Shown: positions 40,601 to 52,600 of the stretch, piece after piece
Layout: each line of letters begins with the position of its first letter
How positions within the stretch are numbered: the stretch's first letter is position 1
DNA from: Phoronis australis
Lineage: Eukaryota > Animalia > Phoronida
NCBI GenBank assembly: GCA_002633005.1
Contig: NMRA01000087.1
Coordinates: forward strand, 310,001-374,000
Reading direction: 5' to 3'
Length of the DNA: 64,000 nt
Notes under the pieces: generated by a model
Told to the model about the DNA's origin: nothing
The model's database searches: none
The model's input: only the letters and a program-made list of their open reading frames with translations
Translations under genes and position numbers: made by a program

Positions 40601-43600
40601 CTTGCAGGCAAGGTCCAGATTATACCCCGGTTACCATTATGGGCAACGCTAAGCCAGAGGCTGCTGGACTTAATTTCGGTCAGCGATATTCATTGAAAAT
40701 GTATTTCCATGTAGGAACACAGTTAATTGAGCATTGCAAGCAGGTTCATAAAATATACTAAACAGTCCTGCCTATCAAACTTTAAAACTGCTATTTGAAA
40801 AACTATACATTTTCAAGAGCTAATGATTCCACCATTTTGTAGAACATAAAAAGCCATGGAAATCACGTGTGTGAATCATAAAAATCAGTTCACCGTAAAT
40901 GCATGGGTCTACTTACGTCAAGTTAAATTGACATCAGATGCTTTACTAAGGAAATCAGTGCCCATACAATTATCTTCACATGAATGGTCTTGTGTTTTAA
41001 GCCACACAGGAGATATTGAAATTGATGCAGTGCCAAAGGGTTCTTAAGGGAGTACCTTTCTGCACGTTGAAATGTGCTTAATCAAGGCGTTAAGTTTTAC
41101 ATAATCAGCGCATAGTTTTCCTTAATCACTGCATACTTTCAGTTCTTAAGTGATCATCGTTCTGCTCATAATCAACGTGTAGTTGTACTTAATCAAATAC
41201 TTTTAGTCAGTTCGATAGTCTAATTACGCCCTGGCTTGCTCTCAAATCTCAAAATGGCGAAAGACTTTCTTCATGGGTGTAAGGCAACTTTTGAAGAATG
41301 TTGCTGATTCTTATCATGTGACCTCAAAAATGGTGGTGTCGTTAACTTTGTTAGGAACGGGAATGTTTCAAAGTAGTAGATTAAGTAAAATCACACATTG
41401 ATTAAGCAAAAGTGCACGTTATATAAGAGCAGAGGTATGATTATTTAAAAGTGTGCATAAAATAGGTAAAACTACACGTTGATTAAGCAAACTACCGGTA
41501 CATGTATATGTTGATTAAGCACATTTCAATGTGCGGAAAGGTACTCGTTTAAGAACCCTTTGGCACTTCATAGAAATGAGATGTCTTAGGACTTCTGTAT
41601 GATGAGTTAATCCTGGCTGGTATTCAGTCTATATGACAATTTCATGTCTTGACTCACTGCAAATTGTCATGTTGTACAAACGTATCATTTGAAAATAATC
41701 AACTCGATGCAAACAGTTTTGACGATGATCCTTCTGGAGGTTGTCAACAATACTTTTTTATTCCGAAAGGTGTGTGAATTATTCTTTTTAGTTTTTATTT
41801 TTATTCATGTTATCGCAGAATCCAGTAACAAAGAACTTCCCACCATGCTTCACTTCGCCGCTAAATTTGGCCTCGAACATTTCTGTGTCCAACTTATGAA
41901 GTGTCCTGGGGCAAGTTGGGCCTTCTCCATTGACAACAAGTATGGTGACTATCCTTCAAGCATAGCTGAAAAAGCAGGATACAAGGAGCTTGCACAGTAC
42001 TTGGAGGAGGAACTGGTAAGATATCCAACAGGCAGTGATGGCTGCCTTACCTACAAAGTCTTAGTACGGTGGACATTCTTCACTTTGGTACACAATAAGT
42101 CGGACAGGTGAAATTTTGTTTTGTCAGATTTCTCAACAAAAATGACTCTTTCAGAAAAAACTTACTTTGCTTTTCGCATAGTTTTTGTAGCGTATATTAC
42201 CAAGCAACGTTTGGTAAAATTTTTAGCGCTTGCATCTTTTATGTGGTAAGCTTCTTAAAATAGAAACATATATATGGCAATTTTAACTATAATTTTTGCC
42301 CTAAATTGAAGAATTTTTGCTGTTATGTGAGACGAACTTGGCTTGTCCCTGGGGATTAGCGGCCTTCTGGGAAATAAGACCATCACTGCTGTTAGCCTTT
42401 GAGTCTGCTTTCGCGAAATTTACTACGTAAGTCCCTTGCTCTTAACTTTTATAGGAGCTCAAATTCTAATGTTCAGTGGACTGTATAGTTTTCCATTATG
42501 CACAGTCCATATAAAAGACTGTTTAGGAGATACGGTAGTCGTGCTTGAAAAAGTTTACCACCATCATTCCGTCTGTGAGGAATTACGATTACTAAAATTG
42601 CTAAATTCTCTCACCCTCCTTGTGGAAAGTGGGCATAAATCCACCTTCCATCACAAAAACAACTTTTGATGTAGACCACTCACTGTCTTAAATTGGTCTT
42701 AAATTGTTCCTTGAATTGGTGAAGTTGGGAGTTGATTTCAATGCTTCAAAGATCTGACTGTACATTAGTGCTTGAATCTGAGGCTTGCTATTTTATGCGT
42801 CAAGTGCGATTTGAATGGTAATAAATAAATGAACTGCCAATTCCTTACAAATCCAGAAATTCATTCTCATCGGTGTGAGGAATTGGTTGAGATTGGTTTT
42901 ACAGTCTGGGGTAAGTGGTCCAAATCAAAAGTTCCTGTGTGTTTCAGATTTGCACACTCTTGAATCTTAAATTACTCAGCGGAACTTTTGGCCGTCTGAG
43001 TATTGTCAGGTGTCAACTCTCATGGGCTGAAATTCACCTGGATGTAATTATCTGTTTTAGGAAATGTTGACCGTACGAAGCACTATGGAGGAAGTTTATG
43101 CGAACATGGACACTTACGTGCCAGCACCATGTTCTCCAGGAGAGGGCGGAGGCTATGTTCTTTCAGATCAGCACTACACCAATCGAAACGTAGGCTTCCA
43201 ACCTTATAGTAATGGTAAGCATTAAATTTTTTGCTTTTTTCTACATTTGGGCCACGGTGCTGATTTTGTTCCGAGCTAATTAAGACTGAAATTGGGTCTC
43301 ATTTGGGATCATGAAGGACGTGTGATACTTTTTCTATTAATTTGTGCCAACATTGCTATCTAGTCAGAACGGTAAGCAAAGTTTCATCGAAGCTTTGTTA
43401 ATTCCAAATTTCCCCTAATTGGAAAGCGACAACAGTTTCGCAGCAGCCTTTGACTTCATATTTATTTAATAAAGAGTTTTACCATCTGTTCCCTCTGTCT
43501 TTAGTCTCTTCCTTTGTGGTTGATTATTACTTCAAGGCACATGTGTCTAGAAGTTTCAACCGCCTTTGAATACAAGACCTGTTATTGCACTGGTACATTG

Positions 43601-46600
43601 TATTTTTATATAGTTTCAGGTGGAGAGAGCAGCTATGACATCGCAGTTTCACATGCCATAACGGAAGAAGGTGACTACATGACCATGCAGGGTATGTCTA
43701 TTATCTGTTCATTGAGCCTGATTCAGGTTAGTTCTACATCTTGAGGTATCCCGCATTCATTTTTTTTGCCTCTACACAAAATTGCTTAAAGTTTTCTTGA
43801 AGCTGTGTATTCATGAGTTGAATTTTTGATAAGACAAATAATTAAAGATTGCTACATCACTGCTGCAGCATCACTTTCTGAAACAACCACAGAACAAAAC
43901 GAAATAGGCTTTTTGGCCTTATCACTAATTTTTTCTGAGATCCAGTTTAAACGATAATTATAATGCCAAAAAATGATAACTTTTAAGTAAATAATATTAC
44001 AACTGGATGTAATGTGATGTTCTAAAGACCCCATGTTGGTCAGACCTGAGGACCTTTGTGAAAATCGTATTGTTCATAACTTTGGCAAGTCTTCAAAATG
44101 ACTAACAAATCAATTTTCAAAAAGATGTTTGTCTTTACTTTTTAGGCAGGGTTCTTGGTGAAGATGTTCAGGGTCTATATTTGGATGTTGAAAATATTGA
44201 ACCTCGTCCGTTGGCAAAACCAGGTAAAAATTAAAGAGTTATGATCTTAATTTGCTGCCGAAGAATTAAACGCAGTTTTGACTGAAACACATCGAAAAAC
44301 TGGAAGCACGGTTGCATGCTGTCATGGGCCTTTTAAAACGTTGAGGCCACAAACATTGTTGGTGAATTTTTAAGTGTGATTGTAAAAGAATCAGACAAGT
44401 AAACAAAGTTAAATGTTCATTAATCAAACGAAAACTGTAACAGGCCAATCTGTGCCATAACAATTACCCAACTAACAAGATGTCCCCAGACGACAATAGC
44501 AGATATTGTCACAAGCGTTCAAACTAAGATCTCCAATGCCCAGTTGCATGAAACAGTCCCAAATAGGAACTCGACTTAGTTCCCTAAATCTACTGCAGAT
44601 TTGTGGACTTGTGAAAACACTGATTGTCCTTTCGTATGCTGTTTTTGTTTCATTGCCAAGTCAACTTTTGGCTTTGATACAAATCGAGAGTGAACTTGAT
44701 GTTTAATGAATTCTCAATATTATCGAAAATATGCAGGGATCTTTTCATACGACACTCCTAACTTAAAGACTAAGTCCATATTTATTTTCCTTGAATTTAG
44801 GGCTCATTTTTTAGTTATATAATTAGAAAATGTAATTAGTCAAAAAGGAGCTCATTATAAAGATGGAGAAAAGATTACATCTGTAAACAAAGACGCAAAC
44901 TGGCAAAACATTTAGGTAACTTATAGTTGAGTCCCTATTTGGGATTGCTTCATACAACTGGGCACTGGAGTTCAAAGTGCATTTGTTTATCAGGTGAACT
45001 GTATTCCAACAATGACTACTCAATGATAATTAAAAGTACGGTATGACTAGAAACAAAGACCCCCTGCAGTAGGTGGGTCTGGAATTTTTGGAATCATTAG
45101 GCAAATATGACCAGCTCTGTAATGTTGGCAACCACTGTGGTTTGTTTGTAGACATGTCAACATTTTCTTAAGAGTCTGCTTTGAGAGAGGACAGATCTTC
45201 ACTAGATTTTGTTACCTTTTGTTACAAACTGATTTTCCCAGACTGTACTCAACCAGTAGCTTTTCCATGTATTTAAATTTACGTTTTACAAATTTTGTTT
45301 TTTGAGGTGTAAAAATTTGACTAAAAATCACCAAAATAGAACTTGTACTCGTATCAAGTTTGATGACTCCATCACACTGTACAGCAGTAGATGCCCTACA
45401 TGCCATCTTCATTACAAGTGACCCTACAACAAGGTACTCCTAGTTGTCACTAGAATTAGTAGTAGTCGGTGAACGCTATATAAACTGGGCAACTTGACAC
45501 GTGTATGACAACTTGCCCCACGTTATCGAGGTAGGATATAACATGCTTAGAACCAGTTTGATGCCTGTTATTCACTGAGTGGAGAGAACTGGTTCTCAAA
45601 ATGCCCACGCGTTATTTATCCGATTATTATCCCCTTTACTAGTTTATTTGTTGTATGGTGTAAGGTGCAATTTTTTATGGTAACTCATAGTGGACCAGGC
45701 TCTAGAAACTTGGTTATAGGGAACCTTACATAACCTGTCTGGTGATGACTCGTTATTCAGGCAAATTATAAGTTTCTATATTATAGAATTTCTTGCATAA
45801 TATTTTGTGAATAAGCTATTATTTTTTAAATGTTTGATGATCACAGAATCTTATGTACAGAAATGATGCCCAGGGGATGTTTGTAATTATGTGTTTGTGT
45901 TAAAAAATCATGGAATTTTTCACCAGACATGAATTTTTTCATGCAAAACAATGTAATGTATTTTTTCTTTTAAGTCAGTCAAATATAATTTTTGATTGAA
46001 AAAAACAAAAAATATTTGATTGTTGGCTGCTGAGCTCTCAGGCTTGAAGGCATTTAATAAAAGCATATAGCAAGATTTTGTGAACCTCAAAGATTTTAAA
46101 AATATACAATTTTATGAGTTCAGTGTTAATACCTAAAAATCCAATCCTGTGTACGAAAGGTCCTGTGTACGAAAGATAGCCTGTTACTTTAATAGCTCTG
46201 AGATAACATAAATATGTGGCTTAAGGTAATGGTTGTCACCTAGCTAATAAGTATCAGGCAGCTTGGCTTTCATCGAACACTTATTCTCTTATTTGATCAT
46301 CAATGTGAACATTAGGGCGTTGGAGGCTGGTGCCACATAAGTATGAGTTGGCCTCTAACCATGTGTAGTGATTCCCCTCAGAACAATACAGGGCTATGGG
46401 TGTGGACAGACCTTATCAGTGATGATATTGAATTATTTACAGATGACTAACCTTTTTGTCTTTTTAACATTGATTTTCAAGTGAATAGGATCGGGGTGGG
46501 GGGAAGGGGTGAGGTGAAGAGACGATACAGCAACACCCCTATTCAATGGGGATTCTAAATGAAACTTAGTCGGATAGGTTTAGCATATTCCATCAAACTT

Positions 46601-49600
46601 CTCATTGTACTATTTCAAAGTCTCATGAATGCTACCAAAATTGTTACTCTTTACAGAGAGTAGGAGCCATTCATTTACCCATGGCCAGAGGGCAGCACCA
46701 TCTGTGAAACCCAAACTAGCAGCAACACTTCCTCCTGGTGCTGTGCCTTCCTACAACGTTGGCGGGATTATGGGTGAGCCGCCCAAACGTAAGTGCCTCC
46801 TAGTGGTAATTGCATTTTTTACTTTTACCTAGTGTGTACCTTCTAAGTAAATTTAATTTAGTGATATGAGCACAGCCCCAGAAATCGCTGTCACTCCCTT
46901 ACATCCGTTCACTAGTAAGGCCAAGCTCAGAGGAGCAGGAGACACTTTTGTGCAGTGCTCCGTTGTCTGCTAGACAGTACAGCCATGCAGGATTCAAACC
47001 CGGTTCTCCCCAATGGTAAGCGGAGCTCAATTTTTTAATTCCATGGCAGATTTTCATGAAATTTGACTAATATCTTTGTAAAGGATATGTTGCATTCCCA
47101 TTTTTAAACAGATTTGTCATACTGTGCACCTCAGTGGCCACTGACTATTTCTTACGAGTTTCTCTTTTTACCAAACTGCTCCAAGGATCAGTACAAAAAC
47201 TTGCAGATGTGTTCCTGCAGAGAAAACCATGGTTGACTTTGAGTTTCAGACGTTGATTTTTGGATAGCCTGACTACTGTGACAGCCCCTAGTGACATCTT
47301 TGACATTTTTGGCATCCACAGCTGTATCTCAGTCATAAACCCCTTGTAGGATCTTTGAGAAATATGACAAGAACGTTCGTAGGAATGTAACAACAGATGG
47401 CAACTTCTTTCAGACATATCTGACTTTTGAATGCAGCTCATGGTGGCAATTTTATTTTTAGCTTTCACAGTTCCTTTTTCAAGCAGAATCGTGAGATGAA
47501 GTCTTCCCATTTTCAGACAGTTTCAACATATCCTGCACCACCTGGTGGACATTTTGTTTTTGGGGGTGTTTGTCTATACTACAGTTCATCTTTTTTATTA
47601 CACTGACTAAGTCAATCTTTCATTGTAGCACCCCCTGGTGGTAGCAGGACAGAGCAGAGCTTACTGGACATAAACAAAGGTGTTGCTAGTGGTGAATATA
47701 CTCAGGACGAAGCACTGAGTTTGTTCAGGGCCCTGAACATGCGTACCAATTTAGAAGGAGACTCTATGAAGGAAAGAAAGGTTAGCCAATTTATTAATGA
47801 ATTTCAACAGACACTGAAGGAAGGGTCTGGTAATTGGCTATCAACATAAGCCAGGGGGGTCCACTTTTATAAGAAGTGTGGGATGCCGAACTTTTGTATT
47901 GCACAAAATATTCTTTATCAAGTAATCGGGTATGTCATGTCACATTATTTGATATTTTTTCTCTAAGCTTCATTCCTTATTCCCTGATTTACCATTGCTT
48001 GGTTAGCTTGAAAAAAAAACAAATATAAGGAAGGTCAGGCTTGTTAACAAATCTTGAAGGAGCTTGGATGAGTGAGTCACCTTCTTTAGAAAACCTTGTT
48101 CCTTCATAACCATTGCTTAAGTAGGATTCTGGTCAGTAACCATAAGTAAGCTTTCTGGTCAGTAACAATTCAAGCTTACTGGTCAGTAACAATTCAAGCT
48201 TACTGGTCAGTAACAATTCAAGCTTACTGGTCAGTAACAATTCAAGCTTACTGGTCAGTAACAATTCAAGCTTACTGGTCAGTAACAATTCAAGCTTACT
48301 GGTCAGTAACAATTCAAGCTTACTGCCTAAGTGAATTCCATCACTAACCCTAGCTCTTATGGAATTGTGGTCAAAATAAACATATGTGATATTCCATGAT
48401 AAGGTAACTTGTGCGCTAAAACTGAGAAAGGCACTTGCCACATTGTTAGCAATGTTATTCAAGTTTAGTTCTGATGGAACCTTGAATAAGGTACGTCCAA
48501 AAATCTTAATGGCCACGTTAATTGAGAAATGTTGTCCAAGTCCGTCCTTGCCACTTGAGGACTATCCAAGCTTCATGAATTTAGTTTCATATTCGCTCTT
48601 ACACAACATTGTATTCTCGACATACAATAAAGAATTTGTCATTCCTACCTTTCTCAGAAGCCAGCAAAAATGAACCCGAGATTCTCCTTCATAGATGAAT
48701 GCTTTAGTTTGCCTCAAGGCAGAGCATGTTATTGTATCCATAGTGACTAAATTTGTTGGGCACGTGTCATCTACTTAGAACTGGACAAGGAATAAAGGCA
48801 GAAATGATTTTTTGTTTCAGTTCAGGTGCTTATTTGACATTTGTGTGATGATAATGCTAAATGCCTTCGTAACTAGAAGGGAACTCAGTCAGGTGTAGGT
48901 AGTTGTCCCTCAATGCAAAAGGCTTCTTTGTCACTGTAGCATGAAGTTTTATTTCCTTTACCCGAAGACTATGTTGCCGCTGGAACACAATACTAGTAGA
49001 CAGAGTATTTTTCTCAATTCATTGACTAACAGATTTGTGAAAGTTGCACCTTACCCATCTATTGGATGTTGTAGAAACAAATCGATGACATTCGCTCACA
49101 ATACAGTCAAATGATCAACTACGTGAAGAAAGACAGCAAAAAGGAAGGTATTTTCTCCCGATTGTTCAAGATGAAAAAACGGAAACCATCTCTTGTGCCT
49201 GAGCCCAAGATAGAGCATTTATGTGGGGTAAGTTGACATTTATATGAAATACTTGAAGTGGTTTCGTGATTGTAAGTCTTTAATTATTTAGCACATAACA
49301 TGGAGTCCAGTAGGATTACATTTTGTCGATTTTCTCAGAAACTAGACATCAATTAAGCAAATTTTGTTTCATTCTCAACATGGTATGTTTTGCGCAGATG
49401 TAATCTAATGAATGTTTTGTGGAACATAAACTACTTGTGGCAGTCAGTCTTTGACTTATGGGAAAATGGCCCTTTTTTGCGATTATTTTTGTTTTAAGAA
49501 CTGTGTAATTGTAATTATTAGCTATTCAGGATTAGCATCTAGTATACTGGGAATGTCTGAAAATTTTTGCAAATTAAGCAAAGCACAGCAAGGGTAAGTG

Positions 49601-52600
49601 ACCCGATTTTTCAAAGATATTGGAAAATGGACTGCATTCTCGTTATGGAACCTCCTTTACTGAGTTACAAAATTAATTTGGACGGAACTTACTTATTTCA
49701 GAAGCAAATACTCTGAATTGGGATTTTTTTTGGGATTTTAATTACAGAAAATGAAATCAATAATCCATCAAATGTGATACCCAAGACTGATTCTGAGCCT
49801 AACCTGTTCTATGATTGTTGCACATCCTCCTGAAGGGTCCGATGTTTTTTTCCTAATTTCTGATAGTGGCTCACTTGCCCTCAGGAGAAAGACATGGATG
49901 TGTATGAAATAACTAGTTCTGGGCTATGATGGTAGTAGGGCTTTGGTGGCATTTTTGGTAAAATTTTAAGCCATTTCAAACTTGTTTAACTTAGTACAAA
50001 CACATTCTTGGGCTTGTGAAACCTCCTGGTCTCACTTTATCTAGTAATAATTAGTTTTTAAGACACAAATCATTGTTTCTTAGTTTCTAATCCCCATGCA
50101 TTGCCATATTTGAAAACAGTGGAAGCTATATATGTTTTTGTGTGGAGCCCTTGACTGTGATAGAGAGTGTTATTGTTTCTATGTAGTTATATTACATACA
50201 ATAAACTGGGCGAGTGGAGTTCATGGGTTGTTTTAGTGGGATAATCCACCACCACTATACAGTGGTAAAATCTCCCCACTTTATTTCACAATGTGGTGAA
50301 CTTTTGAAATTTATATCTTTTTTCTTGAAAGATAAGTGGCAATAAATAAATACTTCATCGTTTATGAGTTCTGTGACATGGCCACCATCTGACATTGTTT
50401 TGAGAAATTCTGGGCACTCACAACAGTACTAGAAGCCCTAATTTGAAAAATGAAAAGTGATCAACTGATTCGTAATTAGTTTTGCCTGAAATTGGTGAAA
50501 TTTTGCCGTAAAGTGATTGATTATAAGTTGAAGTTTGTGACTTCATCTTGACCTGATTAGGCTGAGTATACATGCACCGACACAAAAACGGTCCAGTATT
50601 CTTGAAGAATGTATTTATGCCTAATCGTTTTCCAAATGATGAAATAGTTCACCGAGTCATTTCTACTTCTGTCAGAAGTCTGCTGATCCACCAGTTGCCT
50701 TGGCTGAAGAGGAGATGCCAACCTACCGTGAGTTGGAGCAATCCCCCAGTAAGAAGTGTTTACTAAACAGAGGCAGTTCTGCAAGTAAGTTGCTTAAAAA
50801 CACATTTAGCATGTGATTTAACAGACCTTAGCATGTGTCTTTCGGACTGTATGCTTTATCAAGTCGGTTTTTATTCTATGACAGTTTTTGCTGTGAGATA
50901 TACGTGCATTTACTAGACAAGTTTACCATGAAACAGTTTTTATTCCTCAGTGAATACCAAGTTGCTATCAGTGTAATTTGTTTTTTGATAGCATGAGTGG
51001 CTTAACAGTTTTGTAAAACACAGATTTTACAAAGGGTCAATAATTGTTGCTGCAGCAGTATAAGGAGGCTTATTAGTGTGGTGATGTGTCTTCTATTTGT
51101 TGGTGGTTGTTATTTTTTAAATTTCTTAATTAAAATAAGTTTAAACTCATTGGTTAGAGAATGATTGAATTATACCAAATTTTTACTGGGAGTAACTGAA
51201 GAGGTATGCGTAAGTCTCTGAGAAAGGCATACCGCACGACCTTTTTAACTTTTAGCCTACCCTTTCGACGTCAGTTTTGGCAGCATCAGATTTTGTTAGT
51301 CGACCTGAGATTTTCGCTAAATGCGACTTAGCGTCAAAGTAGATTTGAAGCGTTGAATGTGATTACCATTGTCATGTCTTACAGGTCTGTCATCCAACGG
51401 GTCACGCAGCAGTACATTAAGCTCTTGTAGTGGAGGAGGACGGGATAGCGGCAGTTTTAGTTCTAACGATCCACCAACCGATGATGTAAGTGTTGTAGCA
51501 TTGACTATAGTGCCCATTCTAACCAACAGATGGTTGGCTACCTCCTCCCTCTATCCCTCCCTCCCTCGCCCTGCCCCCCCTCGCCTCAAGTCTTTTGTAC
51601 ATTAGTCGATATAGTAAATTTAATAATTAAAAACATGAGTTGCTTTTTAATNTTTTGTCCCTCAAATCATATAATTGACTTCCACTGAAATATGATCACT
51701 GAATTAATTGTCATACGTCTGTAGTTGCCAGATTGTGTTTTTTAAAAAGTTGCTGTTTTTCATATCTCTGTATGTATTCCCATGGTTACTGTGATCATTT
51801 TGAAATTTGATGTTTTTTGCTATTATTTAATTCTTCAGTGAGAAAAACTCAACTTAAAATCAACATTTTTCAAAATTCAAGTCTTTTGTACATTAGTCGA
51901 TATAGTAAATTTAATAATTAAAAACATGAGTTGCTTTTTAATTTTGACTTTTTGGCAGACTGTGTCGAGCCCCCATTAAACAGATATAATGGAGCCACTG
52001 GATTTTTGATAGTTTCTATTGAAAGGAATTTTTGGGATTGCCAATGAAAAATATACTTTTAACAAACAATATGTATACTATGTGATTATTGCCTTTTTGA
52101 AACTGAAGTGTTCACCAAGGCTAACAAGCACTTTAATGTCTGACTGGATGACCTGATGGAAATCAAAAGGTATCGCTGAAGCAAAAGTCATCATGTCCGT
52201 TATGTACCTGATGGCAGGCTACGAATTGTAGTGACTGTGGAAACTGCTTGCTGGTTAATTTCCAAGTCGATTTCTTTCAGTATGGAGGGACTTATTCTTG
52301 TGTGGACCCTCTGATGCCTCCAATCCATGAAGTCGATCGTTCACCTCCTCAAGTATACCGGCGAGTGTCGGGGCATAGATCACAAAGTGTGAAAGGGGTG
52401 GGTAATTGAACAGCTGGTCTATGAGGGTCAGCTTCAATGGCATAGACAGTCTTCTCTGATCTTTATAAACTTACAAGTTCACAAAACTTGTAGTCTTATA
52501 AAAAGCACATTCCACCATCTCCTCACTTAAGTCGTTGTTAACGTTTGTTTAATAAATGAACACCATCAAAATGCATCAGGAGTAAATAGAGAAAGCTCTC

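Noticed and set aside
46981-47030. tRNA gene
   Set aside because: Only a degenerate B-box; no cloverleaf
48129-48325. 24-bp repeats as a CRISPR array, or ORF 48133-48516 (LELLLTSK repeats) as a protein
   Set aside because: Units abut with no spacers, there are no cas genes, and the context is a eukaryotic intron. The ORF is a by-product of a stop-free repeat frame.
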